From positions 4,030,001 through 4,094,000 of the forward strand of contig CM060733.1 in the NCBI GenBank assembly GCA_030704615.1: 64,000 nt of DNA, written 5' to 3'. The first letter of the stretch is position 1, and every line of letters starts with the position of its first letter. Under the pieces are notes generated by a model. That model was given only the letters and a program-made list of their open reading frames with translations, was not told where the DNA came from and did no database searches. The position numbers and the translations under genes were made by a program. Of this stretch, positions 26,795 through 38,679 are shown one piece after another. The DNA comes from Takakia lepidozioides. Lineage: Eukaryota > Plantae > Bryophyta.

Positions 26795-28900
26795 ACCTGC
26801 TAGGTCCAGAATCCGTTAACCCGCTACCCGCGGGCTAGTATAGCGGGTCGGATCTTGGTTTAATGAATATATGTATAGATATATAGATGTTTTAAAAATT
26901 CAAAATGTGACATTCATCCCATGAGACCTTAACCTTTAAACAACCAGTGGGATAGTTTGACTTTTCCTCCTAAATTGACCCGTTTGGAGGAAAATCAATA
27001 TTTTGCAGGGAGTTTTCAAGATTTCCCAAAAGCGACCGGACATAATATGGTCACCTAGAACCTGCAGCTACTGCCCAAATTGCGTGCCAATCGGCGCAGA
27101 TCTGCCAAAACGCGCCCGTTAACAATGGGGCCCAATTTTCCAACATGTGGTAAAAAATAAAAATAAAAATTGAATTTTTTCATTTTTGGGATGATGAACT
27201 CTGTTTCATTTGAAAGTTGGAGCACTTCAAGCAGGAGACATCCTCCACGTAATACAGGAAAAACAAGTGGATTTTGCCCAGTAGGCACCAGGTGGCAGTT
27301 GGTCAAAGTTGGGGGGGGGGGGGGGGGGGGGGGGGTAGATTTGCACACGATACCTGCACACAACACAATGGACACCTGCAACAAGCATGCAAGCAAGAGC
27401 GACCAAACGTGCGAAGCAAGAATTCACGCGCGAAAGAGCATAACTCTGCCCTAACATGGAATTTCCCTAATCGGCTTTGGCGCTCCACTTCGGCCCTCAT
27501 TCAATGGCGCAGATTTCACCAAAAACCCCCAAAATCCAAAAATAATTATTAATGTTCAAAGTTTTCAACGGCCCGTTGTGGGCCTAGTGGCGTTTAAGGG
27601 TTAAGAGCAGCTTCTCCTTCCTTATTTGATCAGCTCATCGCATATACTCTTCCCCCTTCTCTTTCTTTAAATTGCATTTTTTATTTTATTTTTAGGGTAG
27701 GAGGTGTGGGATACGCCTAAGATATGGTTTGTTTTGTTGGTTGTGCAGAGCAAGCAACCAATCCCCACCACTGTTGAAGGTAGGCCAGCTCCCACACATG
27801 CATGTTTTTTTGGTTTATATCTTTTGCTTTCGTCTTTTTGTGGTGGGGTGAGATGGTTGGCAGGTTGTGCATAGCAGGCGGGTGAGAAGTGAGGCCGCGG
27901 CAGCAGCAAGCCCCCACCACGCCGTGTGTTTTTTTGGGTATGTGTTTTGCATTTGTCTTCTTCTAGTGGTTGGTTAAGGAATGGGATGGCTGGTAGGTTG
28001 TGCATAGGGGGCAGGCAAGCAAGGAGGCCGTAAGCAACATTCAGCCGTCATCGCTATCCCAAAATTGAAAGGCCCATATCATTGGGATTTTTGTGGGGGT
28101 GTTTTTTTTAGTGGTTAAAACTAGTGTTGTGCGGGTCTGGGTTTTGACCCAGGGTACCCGGCGGGTTAGGATCCGGGTGACCCGGACCCGTGTCATCTGA
28201 AAAATCTCGGACCCTGACCGGGTTTATTTCTAAAATGAACCAAGACCCACACCCGGACCCGCCTACTAGGTCCAGAACCCGCTAAACCCGCTACTTGCGG
28301 GGCCAGTATGGCGGGTCGCGTCCGGGTTTTAGTTTTAATAAATACATGTATATATTTATAGTTAGAAATTGTTTTAAAAAAGAAAATGTGCCCTTTACCC
28401 CGAGAGACCTCGAGCCTCTTCTTCTTCACTTGTTTAACTCATCGCAGGTACTCTCTCTCTTTGAATTTCTGTGTGTTTAGGGTGGGACGTGCGGGGTCCG
28501 CCAGGCTAACAAGTGCATTGTATTTCTGGTTGTGCAGATCAGACAAGAGAGGGAGGCCACGGCAATAGGCAGCCCCCACCAATCTTGAAGGTAGGGCCAG
28601 TTCCCACAAAGCATGTTTTTTTTGCAATGTTTTTTGCTTTCATCTTTTCGTGGTGTTTGGTTAAGAGTTGGGGTGGCTGGCAGGTTGTGTGCGTAGGAGG
28701 CGAGCGAGCAATAAGGCCGTGTGAGCAGCCAGCCCCCACCACTCTTGAAGGTAGGCTGGCTGGCCCATTATGCATGCGTTTTATCTTTAATATTTTTCGC
28801 TTTCGACTTCTTGTGGTGGTTGATTAAGGGTTGGGAATATGGCCGGCAGGTTGTGCGTAGGAGGCAGACAAGCAGTAAGGCCGCGGCCATTTATGCCATC
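26795..28900. mobile_element. Two related copies of an ACCCG/CGGGT-rich non-autonomous element with internal ~150-bp repeats
   Basis: 26795-26928 aligns with 28261-28410 (CTAGGTCCAGAA.CCG...AAAATGTG...GAGACC). 27605-28050 resembles 28410-28900 (CCCCACCACT.TTGAAGGTAGG). Confidence 0.55.
26933..27600. mobile_element. piggyBac-like MITE, 668 bp, TTAA target-site duplication
   Basis: TTAA|CCTTTAAAC ... GTTTAAGGG|TTAA. The flanks rejoin to resemble the uninterrupted sister copy near 28405. Confidence 0.65.
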
Positions 28901-30204
28901 ACCAATATCTCAGATAGGTTTCTCATCCAAGTTTCATTTGTTTTTTTTATTTTCTTCGGTGATGAAGAGGGGCGGAGAGAACCTGGCTGGCCCACCCACA
29001 CATGGCTGAAAAGAAACATTGGTGCGGGATGGAGGCTTTGGAGACATATCAACAAAACATATGGGAAGGGCTGGAGCCCAAAAAGGTTGTCAAGTGGATT
29101 TTGATGCGAGTTAAATTAACTAGTTTACTAGTTAATGTGAAACTAGTTAATTTACTAGTTAGTACGAAACTATCTAGTTTAAGGTGGCTAGTGTGAATTT
29201 AGCTAGGAAATAACTAGTTGTTGTATTGACACTTAAGTTTGCCCAAGTGTCAATCCAGGGCCCAAAGTTAATAATGGGCCTTGGTGGGAGTTATCATCGC
29301 GTCAGACGTGGTGAGGCTCATTTCTCTCGAGTTGAGCCTCACCGCGTCCGACAGCTTAGCTATGACGTTGTGTACTATGGATTCCCCAGGGCCTTGGGGT
29401 GCAATGGGTTTAACAAAGTACGAGTGTTTTTGAGTGTTCATATCACTCGAGAGAGATGACTCATGTCTTTAGTGCAGGATGTGAGTGAGAGTTTTAACAC
29501 TATTGTTTTGTTTTTGTTTGTACTAAACTTATGTTGAAGAGATCATGGACTAAGTGAGCTAGTCCTAATATGAAAAGATCCAAGTAGATACTTGAGAGAA
29601 TTACTTGCGTGCAATATCTAATGTCGTAAAGCGATTATTAGGGTGCGGCAGTTGTAGTGGTGATGTCAGAGTAGAGTGCGATGAATTTGAGAAAGTGGAC
29701 TTTTGGAGTGAGTAGCTGTTAGAGTGCAGTAGTGTGCAAGTATGTGAAGGCTGATGACGGGAAGTTAGGTTTATCGTCGGAACAAAGAGTCTCTCAAGTT
29801 TATGAAAGATTACTGGAAATTTCACTACGTAGCTGGAAGCAAGTATTCTGTCGCTTAAGTGAATGACAACTTTTGGAAGTTGCCTACGTTTCGCAGGCAG
29901 AGTGCAAGAAGAGGTGGCTGGGAGTCACGGCTGCGTCGTTTGGTCCGGCTGTGGCTGCCCGGAAGCTCTTGCTGAAGCTGCCGCAGTGGTAGAAGAAAAG
30001 ACAAAGTTTGAAGGAGGTTCCCAACTCTGCGCATATGGCTATGATTAAGACCAATCATTCAGGCAAAGTTGTGGCCTAGTAGTAGGTCGAGGGAATACTG
30101 TCACTCCCTTCTTAACTAACGCCGACTAGTGCAAGTTCTAGATCAAACTCCAAAGCATCTTGAACAATTTATGAGGATGACTACAAACTTAGTTATCCCT
30201 ACAG

Positions 30205-30690
30205 GTGCAAGAGTATGACACCATGATGTTGTTTCATCTTCTTGTAAAATGCTTCAACATCCTTAACCCTCAGACCATGGATGATGAAGACTGTCCATCT
30301 ATGGTGGAGGACATGTCTTTGTTTGCAATACAAAGACCCAATTCCGATATAGCACTTTCAGTGGTAAAAGAACAAATGATGCATTTCATATGAGAGCTGT
30401 GAGTGAAGCAGATTCTGTAGCTCCTTTGACATGGTGGATGAAGCATGAAGGGCAAATTTCCATATGTGGGGTATTTGGCACGAATAATGTTCGGGGTAGT
30501 TGGCTCACAAATTGAGGCAGAGATGGTCTTCAACAATGCAGGGATCATCGTGAATTTGACGAGATCCAAATTAGGCATTGAGAATTTGGACATGCTTGTA
30601 AGCATCTATAAGAATTGGCCAGATGATCTTCGACACGTTTGCTTAAATACTTCCATGAAAGACTTTCTGGATACAGAAGAGACCTCATAA
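30205..30690 (+). pseudogene. hAT transposase C-terminal dimerisation-domain remnant
   Basis: PLTWW...KFPYVGYLARIMFGVVGSQIEAEMVFNNAGIIVNLTRSKLGIENLDMLVSIYKNWPDD. Confidence 0.75.
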
Positions 30691-31039
30691 AACACCATTT
30701 TAAGTAAATATGGACAAAAAAATGAAATCTGGGCATCTGTTAAATAATTATAAATATTTAATAAATATGGAAGAAAAAAATATTCAGTATTAACAATGCA
30801 TTAAAGCTTACAATTTTGGATTTTCCCGGATTGGTCCGAAAAGTAGCATCGTCCTTTGCAAAATAAATGACAAACAATATACCTATGTTGAATTTGAGAA
30901 GAATCTGATCATTCGTGAGTATATTCTCGTCCGGTTATCAGCGTCAGGTCACGTCAAACCCGACGTTGACAGAACCTCCGTCACGTCAGGTTCGGAGAAT
31001 ATTCTGGTAAAAATAGTACCAGGTAAAATACTGCCACTT

Positions 31040-31980
31040 AAGCAGCCACGTCGCCGACACAGTGGCGGTGGCAAATACATTTTGAAAATGAACAAAATGA
31101 ACGTGACCGCCAATTATGGCGGTCACTTTGTTTTTCGAAATTAAAAAAGAAATAGCGACTGCCATAATTGGCGGTCGATTCAATTTTTTTTTTTTTAAAA
31201 GCAAGATTGGCGGTCGCACTGGCGGTCGCTTTATTTTTCGAATTAAAACAAAGAAATAGCGACCGCTATCTTGGCGGTCGCTTCAATTTATTTTTAAGAA
31301 AAAACAAGATTGGCGGTCGCATTGGCGGTCGCCTAATTTTTAAAAAAAAACAATTGACTGCCGTATTGGTGGTCACACAATTTTGTAAATATATACAGAA
31401 CAAGCGACCACCATATGGCGGTCGGATAATTTCAAAAATATATTAAAAAAACAAGCGCCGCCATTGGGCGGTCGCTTAGTTTAAAATATATATAGAAAAA
31501 TAAACGACCACCATATGGCGGTTGGTAAATTTAAAATTATATAAAAAAACAAGCGACATATGAAAATAAAAGCGACCGCCACACCGGTGGTCACAATACA
31601 ATATTTGCGACCACCAAACTGGCGGTCACGTCAATTTTAAAATATATATTAAGTTTAAGGGACCTCCAGCCTGGAGGTCGCTTAAACTTGAGAATATAAA
31701 GATTAAAAGTGACCGCTTTACTGGCGTTCGTGTTTTTTTTTAATATTAAAAATAAAAGCGACCACCATATTGACGGTCGCTTTATTTTAAATATATTAAC
31801 AAATGAAGCGACCGCCATACCGGCAGTCGCATTGTATTTTGAAATAAAAAACAATAGCAACCGCCATACGGGCGGTCGCTTAAATTTAAAAATATACAAA
31901 ATAAAAGTGACCGCAGTAGTGGCGGTCGTTTGTTTTTCATAAAAAATAAAAATAGCGACCGTAGTATTAGCTGTCGTTTA
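31040..31980. repeat. Subterminal array of ~20 palindromic GCGACCGCC-N(3-6)-GGCGGTCGC units upstream of the hAT transposase
   Basis: Regular ~45-50 bp periodicity with AT-rich spacers, e.g. GCGACCGCTATCTTGGCGGTCGC near 31259. Confidence 0.75.
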
Positions 31981-32395
31981 ATTTCAAAATTATAACAAAT
32001 ACGGTTGTACAACCTTTTTCGGGTGGGCGCTATTGGTTCGTCATTTATTCATTTCACTTTCATCCTTCTTGGATCATATATAAGGGAGGAGGGTCACCAA
32101 GCTCCTCACTTCTTTTGGCGCAAACACTTGAGGTTACTTTGGATGTTCTCTTCCATTGAACGAAAGTATAGCCTAAGAGAAGGGTGCGCACCTTTTGCCG
32201 TTGTGGCTTCCACCAAAGCCACTTCAGCAGATTGTGTATAAACTCAACACTACAACCCACATCGACCCACTTGGGTTGCTGAAAGGTGTAGAAGTGTTGG
32301 GCTATCGCATTGCACTCTACATTCACAACACGTTCATTTATATGTGACTGTTTTTTGTTGCTTACATCGCTAGGGCCCAGGGGAGTGGATATTGG

Positions 32396-34400
32396 GTGAA
32401 AATGAGGGAGGAATGGAGTCCTTGGTATACGGCAATCCCGAACACTGTCAGTGCCACTGGTAGTGTTGAGTGCAACCTATGTGGATTAAAACTTTCTTAT
32501 CGTAAGAATTGGTTGCTCGCTCACATCGGCTATAAAAGTGTGAAGAGCGCTGGGGTGGGTTTATGCCCTAAAGCATCTATGCGGGTGAAAAGCCACTTTG
32601 CCCAGTGTGGAGGCAATATTTCAATGTCTTTGGATCTGGACATGACCTCTGAGCATAACACTTCATCTTCCCGTCAGGATGCCCCGATTAGTACCCAGGG
32701 TGACTCTTGTGAGGCTTCGGGTATCCTTGGACAAGTGGGTTGTGCGGAGCAACACCTGCTTCAACATCTCTTTTACCCCTACACTTCAACGGAGTAGAAG
32801 ATTACGGCAGCAATCCATACAGGAAGGTCTTAACTTATCTGCGAAAAGACAGTTGGATAAAAAATGGGCACAGTTTCTCTTCGAGGCCAACATACCATTT
32901 AATGTGGCAAGGCTTCCGACATTTGTTTCTGCCGTTAGAGCAATCTCGGAGTCCAAATCCACGTACGAGCCTCTGACTTATCACAATCTTCGCACAAGAT
33001 TACTAGAAGACGTCATGACCGAGCTTACCCAAAAGGTCAACGAGAGGACGGGCGAGTGCATCAGAAAATATGGAAGCACTATATGTGTCGATGGTTGGAG
33101 TTCTATTACAAACAGACCGTTGTTCAATGTCATGCTCGTATGTCCAGCTGGGGAACAATTCTTGGGATCGGTCGACACTAGCGGCGAGAAGAAAGATGGA
33201 CGTTATCAATGTCAACTATTGACGGACTTCATCGAACAGGTCGGAAGTGATAGAATCGATCAAATATGCACAGACAATGCCGCTAACATGAGAAACACTA
33301 TAGATATGTTGTTGGCACGTTATCCCCATATGTACTATCAAGGTTGTGCTGCTCACATCCTTGACCTCCTTTTGGAAGATTGGGGAAAAGAACAGTGGGT
33401 GAAACAACTTGTCAAGCCAGCGAAGACTGTTGTGTCGTTCATCCGCACACACCACATCCCTTTGGCAATATATATGAGGCACGAATCCAAATACAGCCTC
33501 CGCAATCCAGGCGAAACTCGTTTTGCCACTAATTTCTTGATGGTGGATCGGTTGGTGATGGTGAAGAGCAGTCTGGAGCACACCATCATCGATCCTCAAT
33601 GGGATGCGTATACACGGACTTTGTGAAAAGTTTGAAATAGCATTCGCAGCGATGATTTCTGGAAGAAATGCGAAAACTTTGTTTATATGGTAGAGCCGGT
33701 GTTAATCGTCTTGCGGGAGTTTGATGGAAAACAACCAGTAATGGGCAATGCATGGTTACTAATGCAAAATCTTGAGAAGCACGTCCAATCCTTGAGGCAT
33801 CCTCCCTTCTCCTTGGAATCTGAACTTGCGGACAGTGCTGAGGATGCATTTTACGACCGTCGTTCGATGGTTCGATCGGACTTGCATTATGCGGGAGCTT
33901 TGTTCAATCCATTTTTGCTCGACAATATCATGCTCCGAGGTGACGCTGATGCCAAGGCTGGCCTCGTGCGAGTGCTCATACGACTAGCAACGCCAAACAT
34001 GGCAGAGAGAGCTATATCCGAGTACCAATGTTTCTCAGATCGCCGCGACTCTTTTTAGGACATGCCGGATCCAGAAGAGCTCAATATGTTGTCGCATGAA
34101 TGATGGGATCTGATTGGAGCTGGAGCAAGAACATTGGCTCCCATTGCGAAGCGTATTCTTGCTGAAGTGTGATCTCCCTCATCTTGCGAACGTAATTGGA
34201 GCAGTTACTCATTTGTTCACAACAAGATTCGCAACAGGTTGAATCCCGCGATGGCTGACAAATTGGTGTATGTGTATACCAATTGCCGACTGCTACATGA
34301 GAGGGCAGCAGATGATACTGCAGCATGGTATGAGAGGAATTTGCATTCCGAAGACTCTGCTTCTGAGGTAGATTCGATGAGTGACGATATTGAGCCTCAG
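32396..34400 (+). pseudogene. hAT transposase (BED zinc finger + DUF659 + dimerisation domain), disrupted
   Basis: VECNLCG...AHI (BED); ANIPFNVA; ICVDGWS; QICTDNAANM; CAAHILDLLLED; PGETRFATNF; SSCERNWS...IRNRL. Frameshift near 32780 and premature stops or frameshifts at ~33626 and ~34058. Confidence 0.9.
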
Positions 34401-36128
34401 AGAGAATCATCTCAGGGGGAATCATCTGCCTCTGATACTGAAGATAGATCCGATGATGCTCCCGAAAATGCGTATGACCTATTTACATTCACAGAGGAGG
34501 ATGCTTATATCCAGCCGACCTTTGATGACCTTCTTGAAGAAGCGAGTATTGCAGATGAAGGTGAAGCTACAATTGTGTTATCCCTAGAACATGGTCCTCA
34601 AAATGAAGTTGGGGTCGACCCTCATCCCCCACTACACGCTGAAGCCACCGGTAGTGCCCCAATGAAGCTTAGGGTGATAAACTTCCAGGACCGAGCGACG
34701 TATGCAACCCTGTTCATACAAACGATGGTGTCGAACCCATTGTACAATCGACGAGACGAGATTATGCCTCACCGATACGACCAGCTCCACCACAATGTCA
34801 AAACCGATCTAACTCCCCATCAACACAGCGGGCATTAAGGAGCAACAGGGTTGATCTGTTTTCCACATGCACGCATTATTCTGCTGCATTGGACCGGGCG
34901 GAAGTTGAAGCCTCGGATGATGACAACCTGCCACTACAATTCCACCTTAACCGACGTGTTGCGCAGCAGACCCGTGGTTCCTCATATGCCGGACCATCTA
35001 ATGTCGGTCCATCTCGGGCAGACCCCCCTCCGGTACCTCCTTCGAGACCACCTTCGATTGCGTCCCAAGTCCATAAACGACAGAGAACAGTCCAACCTTT
35101 TGTAGACGATCGGCCCACAAATAGGCCAGATACCGTGGATGGTATTCAAGACTGGAGTGGGAGTCGACCTCAGATAGAACTAAATGTGGTTCGAGATCGC
35201 TTGCAGATTCAAAGGCCTAGACATATGAGGTCGGATAGGGAGGACGATTCCAGCACTAATCATGGCAATGGTGGTAAAGTCGAGGGTGACCCGGATTTTC
35301 AACCCATCAGAGCATTATGATTATGATCTTCTTCGTCCCGCCGTCGAAGCAGCAGAAAGAATTGAAGCAAAACAGCTGTAGGGACCGTAGTGTTGGTTGT
35401 TATTTGGTGTTTATATTAAAGGGTTGTTCTTTTGTTGATTGTGCTGCCAGAACAAAGATTTCGAAGGAATCAGTCGCAGTGATGAGCGCCGAAATTGTCG
35501 GTTCCTTCATATATCCACACATTGAAGGATTCACAATAAAGCATGATGGTTTTTACGAGCTAAAGAGGAGTATTGACTACTGGGGTATCGACGTTGCTGA
35601 CTCCCCGAACCTAGAGAAAGCCATCTTCTGTTACCAGATCAGTACGGAAAATAAAACACTTTTGTGTTGTGATGTGTTGGGAATTGAAACGGAGGACTCC
35701 GTGAGGGATAACAGGGTTACCCTTGCTGTATTCATCCGCGAGAACGCCAGGAAAGGGGAGAAGGTATTTGGGTTCTCTGTGGATGCCATCAGTCTGAGTG
35801 TGATCTGATGGGATTCGCGATTCGGATGGGATTCAGGGTCCCTGTTGTCGAAGATGACCTGGAGATGGAAATCCTCAAGAGCTGGGAATACCTTGACAGA
35901 ATTCTCTACAATAATGCCAAGGAGAGATAGCAATTGGAGGTACAACGACTCCAATCGGAGCAAAAGCAGTTGGAGGACACGAAGAAGAAACCGAAAAAAA
36001 TAAGAAAGCCAAAAGAAGAAAATGGAGATGATGACGAAGAAGAGGGGGAAGAAAATAACGAAAGACCATCGATATAGTGAATAACCAAGAAAAGAGGCAC
36101 CTGAAGACTGACGAGATTTTCGACCTGG

Positions 36129-36762
36129 ATGAGGCGAAGAAGGTCAAGACGACTCTCATCGAGCAATACCATAATCCCGTTTGGATTTGAATACGTCCAG
36201 GAAGTGGACATCAACCACTATTTTCTGGCCCCACAGCATATGGTTTATCGACCACTTTGTGAGAAGCACGAGACTGATCCCACGAAGGTGTGGAGTAGGA
36301 AGCCTGTCAATGAGCGCGAACTGCAGAAGGCGACATATTTTATTATCGGAGGCCAATATACATTGATGGCAGCCCAGGTCAGGGGAGGTCTCCCATGCTA
36401 ACTCACCTTCGAGAAATTCTACTTACTATTTGACCATGTATTTGTCCACTGCCCATTTTCGATTGTCTCTCTTCTACTGCTAATCAACTGAACTGTGATG
36501 ATTGCAGGAGCTCTTGGAGGATCCGGCACTGAGTAATGATGTCCTGATAAAATCGCTATGTATATGGCTTGCTAAGATAGTGTACTCAACGGATGAGCTT
36601 CGACTGGTGACTATCTCCAAGGTTCTGAACAAGCCCAACAAGGAGAATATTTACAAACCGTCTTTCTATGAGAAGGTCCGTCACTGCAGAAAATATTACA
36701 ATTACAAGGAACAGCCCCAAAAGTATGATGAGCATCATCGGGTCGAGACTTAGCAGTGGAAG
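36129..36762 (+). pseudogene. Intron-containing ParB/Sulfiredoxin-like gene fragment downstream of the hAT transposase
   Basis: LAPQHMVYRPL...ATYFIIGGQYTLMAAQ resembles a GGQH variant of the ParB/Srx DGxHR loop. GT-AG intron ~36378-36507; next exon ends at AG|GTGAGT (36762). Confidence 0.45.
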
Positions 36763-37159
36763 GTGAGTCTGACCACCGGAGGTCTCCCGTCCTTTCTTTG
36801 TCGCTGCTGCTGCGGCTTCCAGTTGACCATCTATCCATGCAGGTTTCTTGTACTTATCCTTCCACAACGAATCATAGGTAATCTGGAGCATGAATTTCGG
36901 CCCTCTTGGATGAATCTAGATCCACACTCTATCCCTGCTCCTTCAGCTATCCATGCCTCTGCACAAATCATGCATACATCCTCGCCTTGCTTCTAGCAGC
37001 TGACAATGACAGCCTAGAATTGTTCCAGCAAACACCCCAACCCTACTTATCACACTAGTTCCTATGCTCAATTGCATCTGCTACTCTCTATAATCCAACA
37101 GGTGTTCACCTTCTTGCCTCGATTGTCCCACCATTGACTGGGTTAGAAAAGTATTCATT

Positions 37160-38185
37160 CCACAGCTTCTCCTCGTCATTTGCCCCTAGGTCTCCAAAGC
37201 CTCCATCCCGCGCCCTTGCTATGCATACCCTGCAATCATCACACTCCACGACACCACATGTCGTTCAGCCATACTGTCAAACACTCCCTTTGCATCCTCA
37301 ATGCACCCACATTTGGCATACATGTCCACCAGGGCAGTGTTCAGAATGACATCAGGTGCAAGTCCAGATTTGATGATGTCACCATGGATCTCTTTGCCCT
37401 TTTCCAGGGCTGCCAGGCTTGCACAAGCATTGCAAACACACACAAACATGATCTGGATACACTTCACCCCTGCCCCCATCATAGGTCTCCAAAGCCTCCA
37501 TCCCGTACCCCTGCTGTGCATACCTTGCGAGCATCGCGTTCCACGACACCACATCTCGTTCAGCCAGAGTGTGGAATACTCCCTTCGCATCCTGAATGCA
37601 CCCACATTTGGCAAACCTATCAGTTTAGGATGACAATCTGGTACAATTCCAGCTTTGACGATGTCAGCATAGACCTCTTTCCCCTTTTCCAGGGCTCCCA
37701 GGCTTGCACACGCATTGCAAACACCAACAAAGGTGATGTGGTTGGGCTTCACCGGCCCTTCGCGCAGCATTTGCTCATAGGTCTCCAAAGCAGTCCTACC
37801 ACACCCATGTTAAATCCTGCCAACATTATATTCAACGTGATCAAAGTTCGTTGAGGCATTCCGTTGAACACTCGGTGTGCATTCATGATGCTCCTGCACT
37901 CAACATACATGTTCACAAGGGTGTTGAGGAGAAAAACACTTGGCTTGAATCCACTTTGGATAATGTGAGTGTGCACCTGCTTTCTAGCTTCCAGACCCTT
38001 CATTTTGACGCACTTACGTAAGAGACAGACATACATATCTGAATCTGCTGAAATGCTCCTTGGTTTAAAGGTTGTAGAGCCTCTTTCAGTGTGCCTGCCT
38101 CACAAAGCATCTTCACATGCCCAGAAGAGCCAAAAGAGGCATTATGGACTCCCTCTCTTGATCCTCTTTTAGAAGCTGTGGTCAT
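37160..38185 (-). pseudogene. PLS-class PPR gene, frameshifted
   Basis: LCEAGTLKEAL; LLNTLVNMYVECRSIMNAHRVF; CNACASLAALEKGKEIH; TALVDMYAKCGCIEDAKGVFDSMAERHVVSWSVMIAGYA. Confidence 0.85.
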
Positions 38186-38212
38186 GGTTGAGGTGCCTGA
38201 TTTAAATCAGGG

Positions 38213-38615
38213 CTACCAGGCCTGCAATGCACACAAACATGATGTGGCCGGGCTGAACCCCTTCCGGCCCATCATTTGCTCATAGGTCTCCAAAGCCTCC
38301 ATCCCACGTCCTTGTTGTGCATACCCTGCAAGCATCGCACTCCACGACACCACATCTCGTTCAGCCATAGTGTTGAACACTCCCTTTGCATCCTCGATGC
38401 ACCCCCATTTTGCATACATGTCCACTAGGGTATTGTTCAAAATGACATTTGGTACAATTCCAGCTCTGAAGGTGTCACCATGGACCTCCTTCCCCTTTTC
38501 CAGAGCTGCCAGGGCAGTGTTTAGAATGACATTAGATACAATTCCAGCTTTGATGATATCCCCATGCACCTCTTTGCCCTTCTCAAGGGCTGCCAGGCTT
38601 GCACAAGCATTGCAA
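38213..38615 (-). pseudogene. PPR repeat fragment paralogous to 37160-38185
   Basis: CNACASLAALEKGKEVHGD...LVDMYAKWGCIEDAKGVFNTMAERDVVSWSAMLAGYAQQGRGMEAL. Confidence 0.8.
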
Positions 38616-38679
38616 TGCACACATGGGACAAAGTAGAACAACAAGAAACCCACATCACAGAGGAGAGAGAGGTTCTCAC

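Noticed and set aside
31040-31980. CRISPR-like periodicity
   Set aside because: Repeats are degenerate, spacers are low-complexity AT, and the position next to a hAT transposase fits subterminal repeats.
35317-35808. 163-aa ORF between the hAT transposase and the ParB-like fragment
   Set aside because: May be part of the element, but I recognise no motif, so no call is made.
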